The position numbers and the translations under genes were made by a program. A stretch of 40,681 nucleotides of DNA from positions 1 through 40,681 of IMG/VR virus record IMGVR_UViG_3300020409_001101, one strand, 5' to 3'. This DNA comes from a virus. Its lineage: Duplodnaviria > Caudoviricetes. This document shows, one piece after another, positions 18,904 to 28,274 of the stretch (the first letter of the stretch is position 1; each line of letters begins with the position of its first letter). The notes below the pieces were generated by a model that worked only from the letters and a program-made list of their open reading frames with translations, was not told the origin of the DNA and ran no database searches.

Positions 18904-19744
18904 AGAACATTTTAAATTTGATTTTGAAGAATGGATGGCTGAAGAGCTAATTCATCGTGATGACTGGAAAGATTGGTACGAAGCAATGCTTGAAATACTG
19001 CCATTGTGGGAAGTAAACACTATTGAGAGAGTAGCGATGTTTATTGCACAGTGTGGACATGAATCCGGCGGCTTTAGAGTAATGAGTGAAAATTTAAACT
19101 ATAGCGCCAAAGCACTCAACACAATTTTTCCTAAATATTTTAGAAGGGCAGGAAGAGATGCTAATCAATACCATAGACAACCAGAAAAGATTGCTAATGT
19201 CATTTATGCGAACCGCATGGATAACGGTGATACCGATAGTGGCGACGGCTGGCGTTTCAGAGGCGGCGGCATATTACAGCTCACTGGTAGATACAACTAC
19301 ACACAGTTCGGAAAAGCAATGGAAATGTCACCAGAGGAGGCAGTAGATTATGTTCGGACTAAAAAAGGTGCATTGGATAGTGCTTGTTGGTTTTGGGATA
19401 CAAACAATATTAATAAGTGGTGTGATGCTATGGATGTTGTAGGTGCAACAAAACGTATTAATGGTGGCACAATAGGATTAGATGATCGTAAGAAACATTA
19501 CCTTCATGCAATAGATGTGCTAGGTGGGGATTACGAAGAACCTGAAGTAGATTACAATCAAACTATTAGAAAAGGTTCTAGAGGACCACTTGTAGCAGAA
19601 GTACAAGAAAAATTAAACATAAGTCCAGCAGATGGCATCTTTGGGCCAGGTACAGAGAAAATTGTCAAAAATTGGCAAAGCACAAATATGTTAGTTGCCG
19701 ATGGTATCGTAGGACCTAAAACTTTAAAAAAGTTACTGGGATAA
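18896..19744 (+). CDS. Endolysin: GH19 catalytic domain plus C-terminal peptidoglycan-binding domain
   Basis: FIAQCGHESGGF..ENLNYS, FRGGGILQLTGRYNY, TKRINGG; DGIFGPGT and DGIVGPKT repeats. Confidence 0.92.
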   Translation: MAKEHFKFDFEEWMAEELIHRDDWKDWYEAMLEILPLWEVNTIERVAMFIAQCGHESGGFRVMSENLNYSAKALNTIFPKYFRRAGRDANQYHRQPEKIANVIYANRMDNGDTDSGDGWRFRGGGILQLTGRYNYTQFGKAMEMSPEEAVDYVRTKKGALDSACWFWDTNNINKWCDAMDVVGATKRINGGTIGLDDRKKHYLHAIDVLGGDYEEPEVDYNQTIRKGSRGPLVAEVQEKLNISPADGIFGPGTEKIVKNWQSTNMLVADGIVGPKTLKKLLG

Positions 19745-19747
19745 ATA
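19742..19747 (+). promoter_or_regulatory. Late promoter, probably leaderless
   Basis: GATAAATA, then 5 nt, then ATG 19753; no SD. Confidence 0.65.
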
Positions 19748-19752
19748 ATCTT

Positions 19753-20241
19753 ATGTTTAGTGGTTTAAAGATTGCTGTAGTATTAATTATTCTTGGAATT
19801 GCCGGCGGTGGACTTTTCTATGTAAAACAACTACAATCAAATTTAAAAATAGCACAATTAAATAATGCCAAACTTACATCAGCAGTAGAAACTAGCGAGA
19901 AAAGTATAGCATTACTTAAAGAAGATGTTGTAAGGTTAAACAACTTATCAGATCAACTATCAAAAGATTTACAAAAAGCAGAACAATATGGTGATAATTT
20001 ACGTAATAGGTTACGTGAATTGGATCTAGTACAAGATGCTATACGAGATAGCAAAAATTTAGAAGGAAGGATGAATGGTGCCACAGCTAAATTATGGCGT
20101 GAGCTTGAAGCCGCTACTGGCGGCGATGGTAGTACTCCTCTTCCTAACTGGGTGCTCGACGTTCCGGGAGCCGGAAATAAAAGTAGTAACTCAGATAGAG
20201 AAGACAACAGTACCGATAGTAGCTCGTCCAAAACCAATTGA
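19753..20241 (+). CDS. Inner-membrane spanin (Rz-like)
   Basis: N-terminal TM helix then long coiled coil; directly after the endolysin; overlapped by a lipoprotein gene. Confidence 0.78.
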   Translation: MFSGLKIAVVLIILGIAGGGLFYVKQLQSNLKIAQLNNAKLTSAVETSEKSIALLKEDVVRLNNLSDQLSKDLQKAEQYGDNLRNRLRELDLVQDAIRDSKNLEGRMNGATAKLWRELEAATGGDGSTPLPNWVLDVPGAGNKSSNSDREDNSTDSSSSKTN

Positions 20242-20473
20242 TCTAGTAGATACTAGAGTATATGTAGTAACGAAAAACAACTACGAATCCTTTGTGAAAG
20301 AATTTACAGAAGAGCATGGTGAATTAGCCTATGTTGTATTATCAATGAAAGACTACGAAAACCTTGCAATTAATATAGCAGACCTAAGACGCTACATTGA
20401 ACAGCAAACGGAAATAATTGTTTATTATGAAAACGCTGTTAAGCCTAATCCTGCTGACGATACTTCTAAGTAG
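20105..20473 (+). CDS. Outer-membrane spanin lipoprotein (Rz1-like)
   Basis: Signal peptide KPLLAAMVVLLFLTGC with lipobox; Pro-containing mature part; overlaps the i-spanin 3' end in another frame; start codon uncertain. Confidence 0.78.
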   Translation: MKPLLAAMVVLLFLTGCSTFREPEIKVVTQIEKTTVPIVARPKPIDLVDTRVYVVTKNNYESFVKEFTEEHGELAYVVLSMKDYENLAINIADLRRYIEQQTEIIVYYENAVKPNPADDTSK

Positions 20474-20581
20474 TTGCCAGCGATTAGACTGTAATGTAAA
20501 GCCTCACCCTGACTTAGAGTCTATTAAAAAGCAGTCAATACTGACCGAACTTTCCTGTTCATTTTAAAATAAATACAATGT

Positions 20582-20866
20582 ATGGAACATGTATGGGAAA
20601 TGATAGAAAGAATGGCCTCTGATAGGCTATGGATTTACACAGCACTTGCTGGATCTCTATTTGGATTAGCATTCTCTACATATTTCAAATCTACAAGGAT
20701 AGGTCTTTGGTTGTATGCTAAATTTGATCTTATTGTAGATTATCTTGTAGAACGTTGGGGGTGGACTTGGTTACAACAACCTAAAGATGCTTGGCGTAAG
20801 AAGTATCCACACGTAACAAAGAAGATAGATGAATTGGAAGCACGAATCGAAAGATTGGAGAAATAG
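20582..20866 (+). CDS. Membrane protein, holin/antiholin candidate
   Basis: One clear TM segment; lysis-cassette context; TAAATA at 20570-20575. Confidence 0.6.
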   Translation: MEHVWEMIERMASDRLWIYTALAGSLFGLAFSTYFKSTRIGLWLYAKFDLIVDYLVERWGWTWLQQPKDAWRKKYPHVTKKIDELEARIERLEK

Positions 20867-21322
20867 ATGGAAGCGTTTGATAAGTTGGGCTTGGATGTGG
20901 CAAGCATGTTATTACCTTGGATTGCTATCCTTATTAGTATTTCGGCGGCTTTTTGGTTCAAGGACTTTGCAACCAATTTCATGCAAGGTTTAAAGTTTAG
21001 GTTCAATCCTGCGTTTAATGAAGGCGATGAAGTATTATTAGATGGCGAACAGGCAATCATTGTTAAAATAGGATTACGTGAAACTGTTTTTGGTTGTTAT
21101 GGTTCTAGAGGGTATACATGGCGATATGTTGCAAATGATCGGATAGGTACACTTAAATTAGAGAAAATTATAAACAAAGATTTACATCTCGATTCTGACA
21201 TTGAGCGAGGTCTAAGAATGCAAGAACTAATAGACAAAGCTCAAGATTCCAAAATTGGAAGAAATAGAGATGACATTGAAGAAAACAAAAAAGAAATTGA
21301 TAAACTAAGAGGGAGAAAATAA
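20867..21322 (+). CDS. MscS-like membrane protein (TM plus beta domain)
   Basis: KDFATNFMQG...FNEGDEV...IVKIGLRET...VAN resembles the MscS TM3/middle domain. Confidence 0.65.
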   Translation: MEAFDKLGLDVASMLLPWIAILISISAAFWFKDFATNFMQGLKFRFNPAFNEGDEVLLDGEQAIIVKIGLRETVFGCYGSRGYTWRYVANDRIGTLKLEKIINKDLHLDSDIERGLRMQELIDKAQDSKIGRNRDDIEENKKEIDKLRGRK

Positions 21323-21702
21323 TGCCAAGAAAGAAACCTGAAGATTTGGTTGCAGAAGATAAAACTTTTGAAAAGGAGGCAAAGAAGCCTGACGCAGAAG
21401 TTGTTGTACCAGCAAGTAAAGAGGGTGTGAGTAAAAAGGTAAAATTAGATCTTGAAGTAGACACAAGTGTGAAAGACTTAGGTCCAAATCCATATGCAAA
21501 AATTATTCATATGGCAAAGGCAGTTGACAGTTGGAGAATCTTTCCAAGAATATTCATTACCACATATATTGTATTGTTATACAAATGTGTAATTTGGTTC
21601 ATGGCTTTAGACAATCCTACACTAGAACAATCCGGTTTGATTTCGGTTGTTGTTGGTGCAGGTGCGGCATGGTTCGGGTTATATACCAGCTCTCGTAAAT
21701 AG
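21322..21702 (+). CDS. Two-TM membrane protein, holin candidate
   Basis: DSWRIFPR then two hydrophobic helices; lysis-cassette context. Confidence 0.6.
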   Translation: MPRKKPEDLVAEDKTFEKEAKKPDAEVVVPASKEGVSKKVKLDLEVDTSVKDLGPNPYAKIIHMAKAVDSWRIFPRIFITTYIVLLYKCVIWFMALDNPTLEQSGLISVVVGAGAAWFGLYTSSRK

Positions 21703-21728
21703 ACACAGTTTTCTAAATAAGTAGTTGT

Positions 21729-22553
21729 ATGGACTACTATGACATTCTAGGTGTTTCAAAGTCTGCTAATGATCAAGAGTTAAAAACTGCATTTAAGAAA
21801 AAAGCAATGCAGTATCATCCTGACAAGGGTGGTGATCCCGAAAAGTTCAAGCAGATAAACGAAGCATACCAAAATCTATCAGATCCCCAAAAGCGCCAAA
21901 TGTATGATCAATTTGGTACTACCGATCCTCAGCAACAACAAACTTTCAATGCAGGAAACTTTGGTGATGTTTTTGAGCAAGTGTTTGGCGGAGGTTTTGG
22001 TCCTTTTGGTTTTAACGCAAGACAACAAATGCGTAATCAAGATATCACGATCGGCTGTAACATCAGCATAAAAGAAGTATATACTGGTAAAAGTGTCATT
22101 GCAACTTATAGGCTCAATAACAGGCGTGAACAAACAGTAGATATCAGTGTTCCAAAAGGCGTCAATAACGGCGATAAAATTAGATTTAGTGGAATGGGGC
22201 AACATGATATACAACAAATACCACCAGGCGATTTGTTTGTTTTAATACAAATTAACAATCAAATTAATTGGGAAGTAAATGGTAGAGATTTACTTACAAC
22301 CGTTAAGGTAAGTGTCCTAGATCTAATTACAGGTTCTAGTGTAAGTATTGATACTCCAGAGGGTAGAACTGTTAAATTAAATATTCCAAAAGGCACACAA
22401 CCTAATACTGTTTTTAACATAACAGGAAAAGGATTACCCGACAGGAGATCAGGCGGACAAGGCAACATACATGTTAAGGTATTAGGCACGGTCCCTAAAA
22501 ATATAGACGACAGTGCTTTACAGCAAATTGAACAGATAAGAAGAAAAATATAG
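21729..22553 (+). CDS. dnaJ: DnaJ/CbpA-type co-chaperone (no Zn finger)
   Basis: DYYDILGV, HPDK, YDQFG, G/F region, GDLFV, IPKGTQ. Confidence 0.92.
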   Translation: MDYYDILGVSKSANDQELKTAFKKKAMQYHPDKGGDPEKFKQINEAYQNLSDPQKRQMYDQFGTTDPQQQQTFNAGNFGDVFEQVFGGGFGPFGFNARQQMRNQDITIGCNISIKEVYTGKSVIATYRLNNRREQTVDISVPKGVNNGDKIRFSGMGQHDIQQIPPGDLFVLIQINNQINWEVNGRDLLTTVKVSVLDLITGSSVSIDTPEGRTVKLNIPKGTQPNTVFNITGKGLPDRRSGGQGNIHVKVLGTVPKNIDDSALQQIEQIRRKI

Positions 22554-22593
22554 TTGACTTTTGCGTATGTACAAGTTATAATATGCGTAAATA
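22554..22593 (+). promoter_or_regulatory. Tandem sigma70 and late promoters for clpA
   Basis: TTGACT (22554-22559), 17 bp, TATAAT (22577-22582); TAAATA at 22588-22593; AGGAG RBS follows. Confidence 0.75.
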
Positions 22594-22610
22594 CTTAGGA
22601 GAATAAATTA

Positions 22611-24872
22611 ATGGTAGAACCATCTGAAGAATTACAGGTCGTATTTGAGAAAGCGATACAAGATGCAAAGAAGCTAGGGCATGAGTATGTTACTCTAGAG
22701 CATTTGTTCTTTGCTATGCTTTGCAGTGATAATTTTATGAAAATCCTTGATGGGTTTGGTATTGATCCGCAACCAATGAAAACGGACTTACTTACATACT
22801 TGCAAACAAAACTAGATGAAATTAAGGTGCCTGAAGGAACTACAAATTTTAAACCTAAGAAAACACAAACAGTTGAAAGGGTAATGAATAGGGCATTTAC
22901 TCAGGTACTGTTTAGCGGACGTCAACATATTGATATTACTGATGTATTTTTATCTTTGCTAAATGAAAGCAAGGCATATTCAACTTTCCTTTCAACAAAA
23001 AGTGGTATTGAAAAACAAAAGTTTAATGAGTATGTAAACAGTGAATATGTAACTTCACTTGAAGATGAAGAATTAGCCGGACATGCTCAAAGAGCTCTTA
23101 AGGCATTTACAACAAATCTTAACACAGAAGTGGAAAGTGGTAAGATTGATCCTGTCATAGGAAGAGCGGAAGAATTAGAAAGCATTTGTTTGTCATTAGG
23201 ACGCAGAAGCAAAAATAACTGTTTGTTAGTTGGCGATCCAGGTGTTGGTAAAACAGCCATTGCTGAAGGACTTGCATATAGAATTGTAAACAAAAATGTT
23301 CCTAAGTTTTTAGAAGAATATAGTGTGTATAATTTAGACATTGGTTCTATGTTAGCAGGTTCTAAATACAGAGGAGACTTTGAAGAACGATTTAAACTTG
23401 TAATGGCCGCTATCAAAAAACAAGGAAAAACTATTGTTTTCATTGATGAAGCACACATGATGAATGGTGCAGGTGCCGGCGGCGGAAACAGTTCCAACGA
23501 TCTAGCTAATATGTTGAAACCAGCATTAGGCAAGGGTGATATCAAAGTAGTAGCATCAACAACTTGGGAAGAATATAGAAAATATTTTGAAAAAGATCGT
23601 GCATTGATGCGTAGGTTCCAAAGAGTAACAATTGATGAACCAGATAAGAAAACTGCGAAAGACATTCTTGTTGGAATTAAAAAGTATTACGAAGAATTTC
23701 ATAACACAACAATTACCGAAGATGCAATTGACGAAGCAATCAAGTTAAGTGTAAAGTATATCACAGATAAAAAACTACCTGACAAAGCTATTGATTTAGT
23801 AGATCTTGCTTGTTCAAGATTTAACTTCAAAGAGGAAATAGAAGAAAAGGTAGTTACACCAGAAGAAATCAAATTTGAACTTGCAAAATTTGTTAACTTG
23901 CCGCCAGAGCAAATTCAACAAAAAGAAACTAACAATTTAAGTAATCTTGGCAAAAACTTGAAATTAAATGTGTACGGACAAGATAGTGCTATAGAAGAAA
24001 TTGTAGACAAAATTCTTGTTGCACAGGCAGGACTTAAATCAGAAGACAAGCCCATTGGAAGTTTTGTATTTATGGGACCAACCGGAGTTGGTAAAACAGA
24101 ACTTGCAAAACAACTTGCAAAACATTTAAGTATTCATCTTGCACGTTTTGATATGAGTGAATATCAAGAAAAACACAGCATTAGTAAACTTTTGGGATCG
24201 CCTCCAGGTTATGTAGGACATGATGAACATTCTGGACAGTTGATTAATCAATTACAAGAGCATCCTAACTGTGTGTTGTTGCTAGATGAAGTGGAGAAAG
24301 CACACCCTGATATTTCACAGGTGTTGCTACAATTAATGGACAATGGAAAAGTAACAGGTTCAGATGGAAAAGAAGCTGATGCTAGAAATTGTATTTTAAT
24401 ATTAACAACTAACTTAGGCGCCGAACAGGCAGAAAAAAATGCTATTGGATTCAATCACGACTTAGAAGGTGAATACGGAGATGAAGAGTTTAAACGTTTC
24501 TTTGCACCAGAGTTTAGAAATAGGCTTGACGGAGTTGTTACATTTGGTAAATTAGATCAACCTATTATGCTTAAGATTGTAGGCAAATTCTTACTAGAAC
24601 TTAGAGAAATGCTTGATGAGAAAAATGTTGTTTGTGAAATCACAGACGATGCGTTGGATCATCTTGTTGAAAATGGCTTTGATACTAAGATGGGTGCAAG
24701 ACCTATGCAAAGATATATTGATAAACACATCAAACGTCCGTTGAGTAAACTTCTTCTTTTTGGTGATTTGAGATCCGGTGGAACTCTTAAAATAGATGCT
24801 AAAGACAAAGAGATTGTCCTAGCACCAATAACCAAAAAGGTGAAAAGTGTTGCAGAGATACCAAACAACTAA
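22611..24872 (+). CDS. clpA: ClpA-type Hsp100 AAA+ ATPase
   Basis: Clp N-domain; Walker A GDPGVGKT and GPTGVGKT; pore loops KYRG and GYVG; AIGF ClpP-docking loop; no ClpB middle domain. Confidence 0.92.
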   Translation: MVEPSEELQVVFEKAIQDAKKLGHEYVTLEHLFFAMLCSDNFMKILDGFGIDPQPMKTDLLTYLQTKLDEIKVPEGTTNFKPKKTQTVERVMNRAFTQVLFSGRQHIDITDVFLSLLNESKAYSTFLSTKSGIEKQKFNEYVNSEYVTSLEDEELAGHAQRALKAFTTNLNTEVESGKIDPVIGRAEELESICLSLGRRSKNNCLLVGDPGVGKTAIAEGLAYRIVNKNVPKFLEEYSVYNLDIGSMLAGSKYRGDFEERFKLVMAAIKKQGKTIVFIDEAHMMNGAGAGGGNSSNDLANMLKPALGKGDIKVVASTTWEEYRKYFEKDRALMRRFQRVTIDEPDKKTAKDILVGIKKYYEEFHNTTITEDAIDEAIKLSVKYITDKKLPDKAIDLVDLACSRFNFKEEIEEKVVTPEEIKFELAKFVNLPPEQIQQKETNNLSNLGKNLKLNVYGQDSAIEEIVDKILVAQAGLKSEDKPIGSFVFMGPTGVGKTELAKQLAKHLSIHLARFDMSEYQEKHSISKLLGSPPGYVGHDEHSGQLINQLQEHPNCVLLLDEVEKAHPDISQVLLQLMDNGKVTGSDGKEADARNCILILTTNLGAEQAEKNAIGFNHDLEGEYGDEEFKRFFAPEFRNRLDGVVTFGKLDQPIMLKIVGKFLLELREMLDEKNVVCEITDDALDHLVENGFDTKMGARPMQRYIDKHIKRPLSKLLLFGDLRSGGTLKIDAKDKEIVLAPITKKVKSVAEIPNN

Positions 24873-25521
24873 TCTATTTTACAACAAGTACGTTTTTAAA
24901 TTAAGATTGAAAAACGACCTTGCGGCTATGTATCGTGGACTAAAGTTTGATTCAATTAAAACAAAGATAGACGAAATGAACAGGGAAGCTGAAGCACAAC
25001 TTCCCATTACAAACCCTTTCCGTATGCACAAAAAGACAGTGAGTCTTGAAACGTTTATGGATAACTTGCACATTTACCAATGCTTATTAGAAGGGGAAGG
25101 CAAATGCATAGCAAGGTGCGAAGCAAACAATCTTGACATATATACAAATCATATAGAAATACTAGAAAAAATAATGACAAGAGTAAATGCTATTGCACTT
25201 TACGAGCCTGCATCTGACAGCAACTTAGATTATCTTTTGAAAAATCCTAACACGCACATAGTTGAAGGTCCTATCAAGTGGAGATTCAAAGCATGGATGG
25301 GCGGGAGTGTTGATTCAAATTTTGCAAATTTTTGTACTGCAAACAAAAACAATATCAAAATAGGCGATAAAGCTCTTTCATCTATAACAAAAAATCATTA
25401 TACAGATGGCTATTACTTCTTAACAACAGATGAACGATATTTAATGTTGGCTAGAATTGCTTTAGGCGGCAAAATTACCAAGATCGTTAAATTTGTAACC
25501 GAAGCAGAAATGCATAAATAG
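24847..25521 (+). CDS. Hypothetical protein
   Basis: Open 224-aa frame filling the space between clpA and the next gene. Confidence 0.7.
   Translation: MLQRYQTTNLFYNKYVFKLRLKNDLAAMYRGLKFDSIKTKIDEMNREAEAQLPITNPFRMHKKTVSLETFMDNLHIYQCLLEGEGKCIARCEANNLDIYTNHIEILEKIMTRVNAIALYEPASDSNLDYLLKNPNTHIVEGPIKWRFKAWMGGSVDSNFANFCTANKNNIKIGDKALSSITKNHYTDGYYFLTTDERYLMLARIALGGKITKIVKFVTEAEMHK
25515..25520 (+). promoter_or_regulatory. Late promoter, probably leaderless
   Basis: CATAAATA, then 5 nt, then ATG 25526; no SD. Confidence 0.65.
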
Positions 25522-25525
25522 TATT

Positions 25526-25867
25526 ATGCCCAGTAGTAGTGAAATAATATTATCTAGCCAAACACATCCAGGAGACAGTACGACTGAGACTGTCACAGGA
25601 AGCAATTTCAAGGGTGATGGTTATTATGGTCGTGCAGACGGTATACATACTGTACAGTATGATTATACTGGTTTTACAGGCACGATTACTATTCAAGCCA
25701 CCCTTGCTACAACACCCACAGACAGTGATTGGTTTGACGTTGATACCGTTACAGTATCTAATCAAACTGAAGTTAAGTTTGCAAACTTTACAGGAAATTA
25801 TGTGTACATCAGAGCAAAAGTAGTTTACACTGATGGCACAGTTAACAGTATTCGAATGAATCATTAA
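25526..25867 (+). CDS. Beta-rich hypothetical protein, probably virion
   Basis: KGDGYYG..DGIHTV...IQATLA..P...DWFD...NFTGNYVYIRA; late promoter. Confidence 0.7.
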   Translation: MPSSSEIILSSQTHPGDSTTETVTGSNFKGDGYYGRADGIHTVQYDYTGFTGTITIQATLATTPTDSDWFDVDTVTVSNQTEVKFANFTGNYVYIRAKVVYTDGTVNSIRMNH

Positions 25868-25877
25868 GGAATGAGCA

Positions 25878-26144
25878 ATGGAACATTTTATTAACATAGT
25901 ATTTGATAATAACGAAGAAGTAGATGACATAGTTGTCTCTGAAGTAGCGACATCGGCTTCCAATGCCCTCTTAGAAGAAGAAACAGGGTACGAGCTATAT
26001 GACACCGAAGATGGTAAAACAGTTCTTACAGTTGAAACACATGTTCAACTAGATGAATCAGAATCAAATGCAGTAGCAGAGAAAGTTGCTCATAAACTTT
26101 TTGACCTAGGCTATAATAACTTTGATATCGAAGTGAGTGTGTAA
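25878..26144 (+). CDS. Highly acidic hypothetical protein
   Basis: AAGGA RBS; D/E-rich 88 aa; TAATG coupling to the next gene. Confidence 0.7.
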   Translation: MEHFINIVFDNNEEVDDIVVSEVATSASNALLEEETGYELYDTEDGKTVLTVETHVQLDESESNAVAEKVAHKLFDLGYNNFDIEVSV

Positions 26145-27817
26145 TGCGTTTTTACCAAGTTAAGAAATCAATAGAAGAATCTTTGGTTGCTGAAGCAAAA
26201 GCCGGTTTAGAGGTACAACATACTATACATGATTTACAAGCTATTCAAAAATCTATCCCTAGTATCCCCCAAGAGCAAGGCGCAGAAAAAATAAAACTTG
26301 TTGATCAATTAAAACAAATATCAAGCAATTTAGAAAATTTTCTTCAAAAAATAAAAGGTGGTCAAATACCGCAAGAACAACCTGCCAAAACAGAAGCAGA
26401 AATCAAAAGAGGAAATTTAACATTAAAAGATATTAGTCCAAAGGCATTAGCCGATGCAGATAAAGAAGCTGAAATTACAGTAAATAAAATCAAACAGCAA
26501 ATAACAGCAATTACTAATAGTGACATAGACGAAAATACAAAATCAGAATTTTTAAAAAGCCAAAATGAGATACTAGATAGAGTAACAAAAGACTTCGAAA
26601 CACTTACAGCACAACGTAATGAGTTCAAAAATGAACGAGATAAGGCAATAGAATTTATAAGAGATGTAACAGGTATATTAACTGTGCTTGGAAATAAAGT
26701 TCAAGGTTATACAATGGATAAAGACTTGAGCGGAATGTCATCTGCTGAAAAATCTGCATACAAAAAAATGTCAGTAAATGCTGAAAAATTCACAAAAACA
26801 TTAAAACAAGCATTATTCGGAAAAATAATTGATATGCAAGAAGAAGGCGGAGTTACAGGTGAAGAGATAAAAGTATTTTTACAAGCATGTGCTGACGGTA
26901 AAGTAATTGACATGAAAAAAGTTATTTCTATGGATAGAGGAAACATTAAGAACAATGTTAATCCTGAACACCAAAAAGTTTTTGATGTGTTTGTAAAAGA
27001 AAATATTTTTAGTTATTCCCCTGGTACAACATCCGGTGCTATTGGTCCAGGAGAAATGGCATTGTCTATGATGGGTAATCCTGCAGAAAAAGGTAAGAAG
27101 GGTGATCTAAGAATTGGTAATGAAGAAATAGAAATTAAAGCTAGTGCTAAAACAGGTGGACGATTTAACAGTAAAAAAATTGCAAAAGCAACTACAGGTT
27201 GGGCTGTTTGGGCACAAGAAATAAACAAGATTACACAGAACGCTCCAGAAGATGCAGAAATAAGCGTAACACAAAAAGACAATACCGAAAAGAAAGTTAA
27301 GGTAAGAGATTACAACGGAAATAGATACAACGTAATCAAAGGAAAAGCCAAAGAAGGAAGTAAGTATAATTGGAATGGTAAAGGTTTAAAGGCATTAAAC
27401 ATTGAAATTTTAGAACCTTATTCTAATCCAAGACAAACTTTTGAAATGTTTAGTAAAACATTTAGAGCATTGATACAAAACTATGATGCTATAAGTAAGC
27501 CTGCTCCAGGAAATGATCATCATAAACCATATAATCCAGATGAATTAATTAAAAAAGCAATCCAATCAGATGGAACTATTGATATGAGAGCAATGAATAT
27601 TGCTTATAGTAAAATTGCTTATACAAGTTATCATTTAGCAGACGGAATCACTACAGTAATGTTATTAAGAACAGATACTCTTGACTACACTATTTTTAGA
27701 AATGCTGATGATTTAGTAAACAAGATGTCTGGAGATAATGCTACAATTGAAGCTAATAGCGGATTTAACTGGAACGATGATCAACAAACACCTACGTCAG
27801 GTTATACTGCAACTTAA
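26144..27817 (+). CDS. Coiled-coil protein with PD-(D/E)XK-like nuclease domain and putative capsid-targeting leader
   Basis: GPGEMAL...KGDLRIGNEEIEIKAS; N-terminus MRFYQVKKSIEESLVAE. Confidence 0.65.
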   Translation: MRFYQVKKSIEESLVAEAKAGLEVQHTIHDLQAIQKSIPSIPQEQGAEKIKLVDQLKQISSNLENFLQKIKGGQIPQEQPAKTEAEIKRGNLTLKDISPKALADADKEAEITVNKIKQQITAITNSDIDENTKSEFLKSQNEILDRVTKDFETLTAQRNEFKNERDKAIEFIRDVTGILTVLGNKVQGYTMDKDLSGMSSAEKSAYKKMSVNAEKFTKTLKQALFGKIIDMQEEGGVTGEEIKVFLQACADGKVIDMKKVISMDRGNIKNNVNPEHQKVFDVFVKENIFSYSPGTTSGAIGPGEMALSMMGNPAEKGKKGDLRIGNEEIEIKASAKTGGRFNSKKIAKATTGWAVWAQEINKITQNAPEDAEISVTQKDNTEKKVKVRDYNGNRYNVIKGKAKEGSKYNWNGKGLKALNIEILEPYSNPRQTFEMFSKTFRALIQNYDAISKPAPGNDHHKPYNPDELIKKAIQSDGTIDMRAMNIAYSKIAYTSYHLADGITTVMLLRTDTLDYTIFRNADDLVNKMSGDNATIEANSGFNWNDDQQTPTSGYTAT

Positions 27818-28168
27818 TAAATCTTTTTCTCTATCCAGATATTTGTAATCAGTTTTAACAGGATCAAACTGTTTTATTGCATCAAATACTATTTGCGTGT
27901 CTAAATCACTGCATGTATACACGTCTAATTGCACAAGACTTGGACTTTGTTCGTCCCAAACGTGTATTGCTACATGGCTAGTTTCTATTATTGTTACGCA
28001 GGTTATACCCCTATTGCCTTGCATATTACAATACTTCGCATAAGGGCCCATCATTATTTTCATGCCGATGTCCTCTATTAACTTTTTAGCCCAGCCTACA
28101 ATTTGATCTTCGTTATTAGGTGGATTATTTACTTCTGACCTCACAATCAGATGCTTGTGCTTTAACAT
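27797..28168 (-). CDS. speD: Pyruvoyl-dependent S-adenosylmethionine decarboxylase-family proenzyme
   Basis: HKHLI...GITCVTIIETSHVAIHVWDE...QLDVYTC. Confidence 0.85.
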   Translation of the reverse strand: MLKHKHLIVRSEVNNPPNNEDQIVGWAKKLIEDIGMKIMMGPYAKYCNMQGNRGITCVTIIETSHVAIHVWDEQSPSLVQLDVYTCSDLDTQIVFDAIKQFDPVKTDYKYLDREKDLLSCSIT

Positions 28169-28189
28169 AAGCTGATCCTTTTTAGGTTC

Positions 28190-28197
28190 TATTTATA
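28190..28197 (-). promoter_or_regulatory. Consensus T4 late promoter TATAAATA driving the speD-like gene
   Basis: TATTTATA on + strand; AAGGA RBS on - strand between it and ATG 28168. Confidence 0.72.
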
Positions 28198-28225
28198 CTT
28201 ATAAGGATTCGAGTTGCTACTAGAG

Positions 28226-28254
28226 TTGACTTATATTGATAAATACTTTATATT
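28226..28254 (+). promoter_or_regulatory. Late promoter nested in a possible sigma70 promoter
   Basis: GATAAATA (TAAATA 28240-28245) between TTGACT (28226-28231) and TATATT (28249-28254). Confidence 0.55.
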
Positions 28255-28274
28255 ATAGTATAAAGGACAAAAAT

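Noticed and set aside
20454-20480. Hammerhead-like CTGACGA followed by a short stem
   Set aside because: The required GAAA after stem II is missing, and the sequence lies in the o-spanin coding end.
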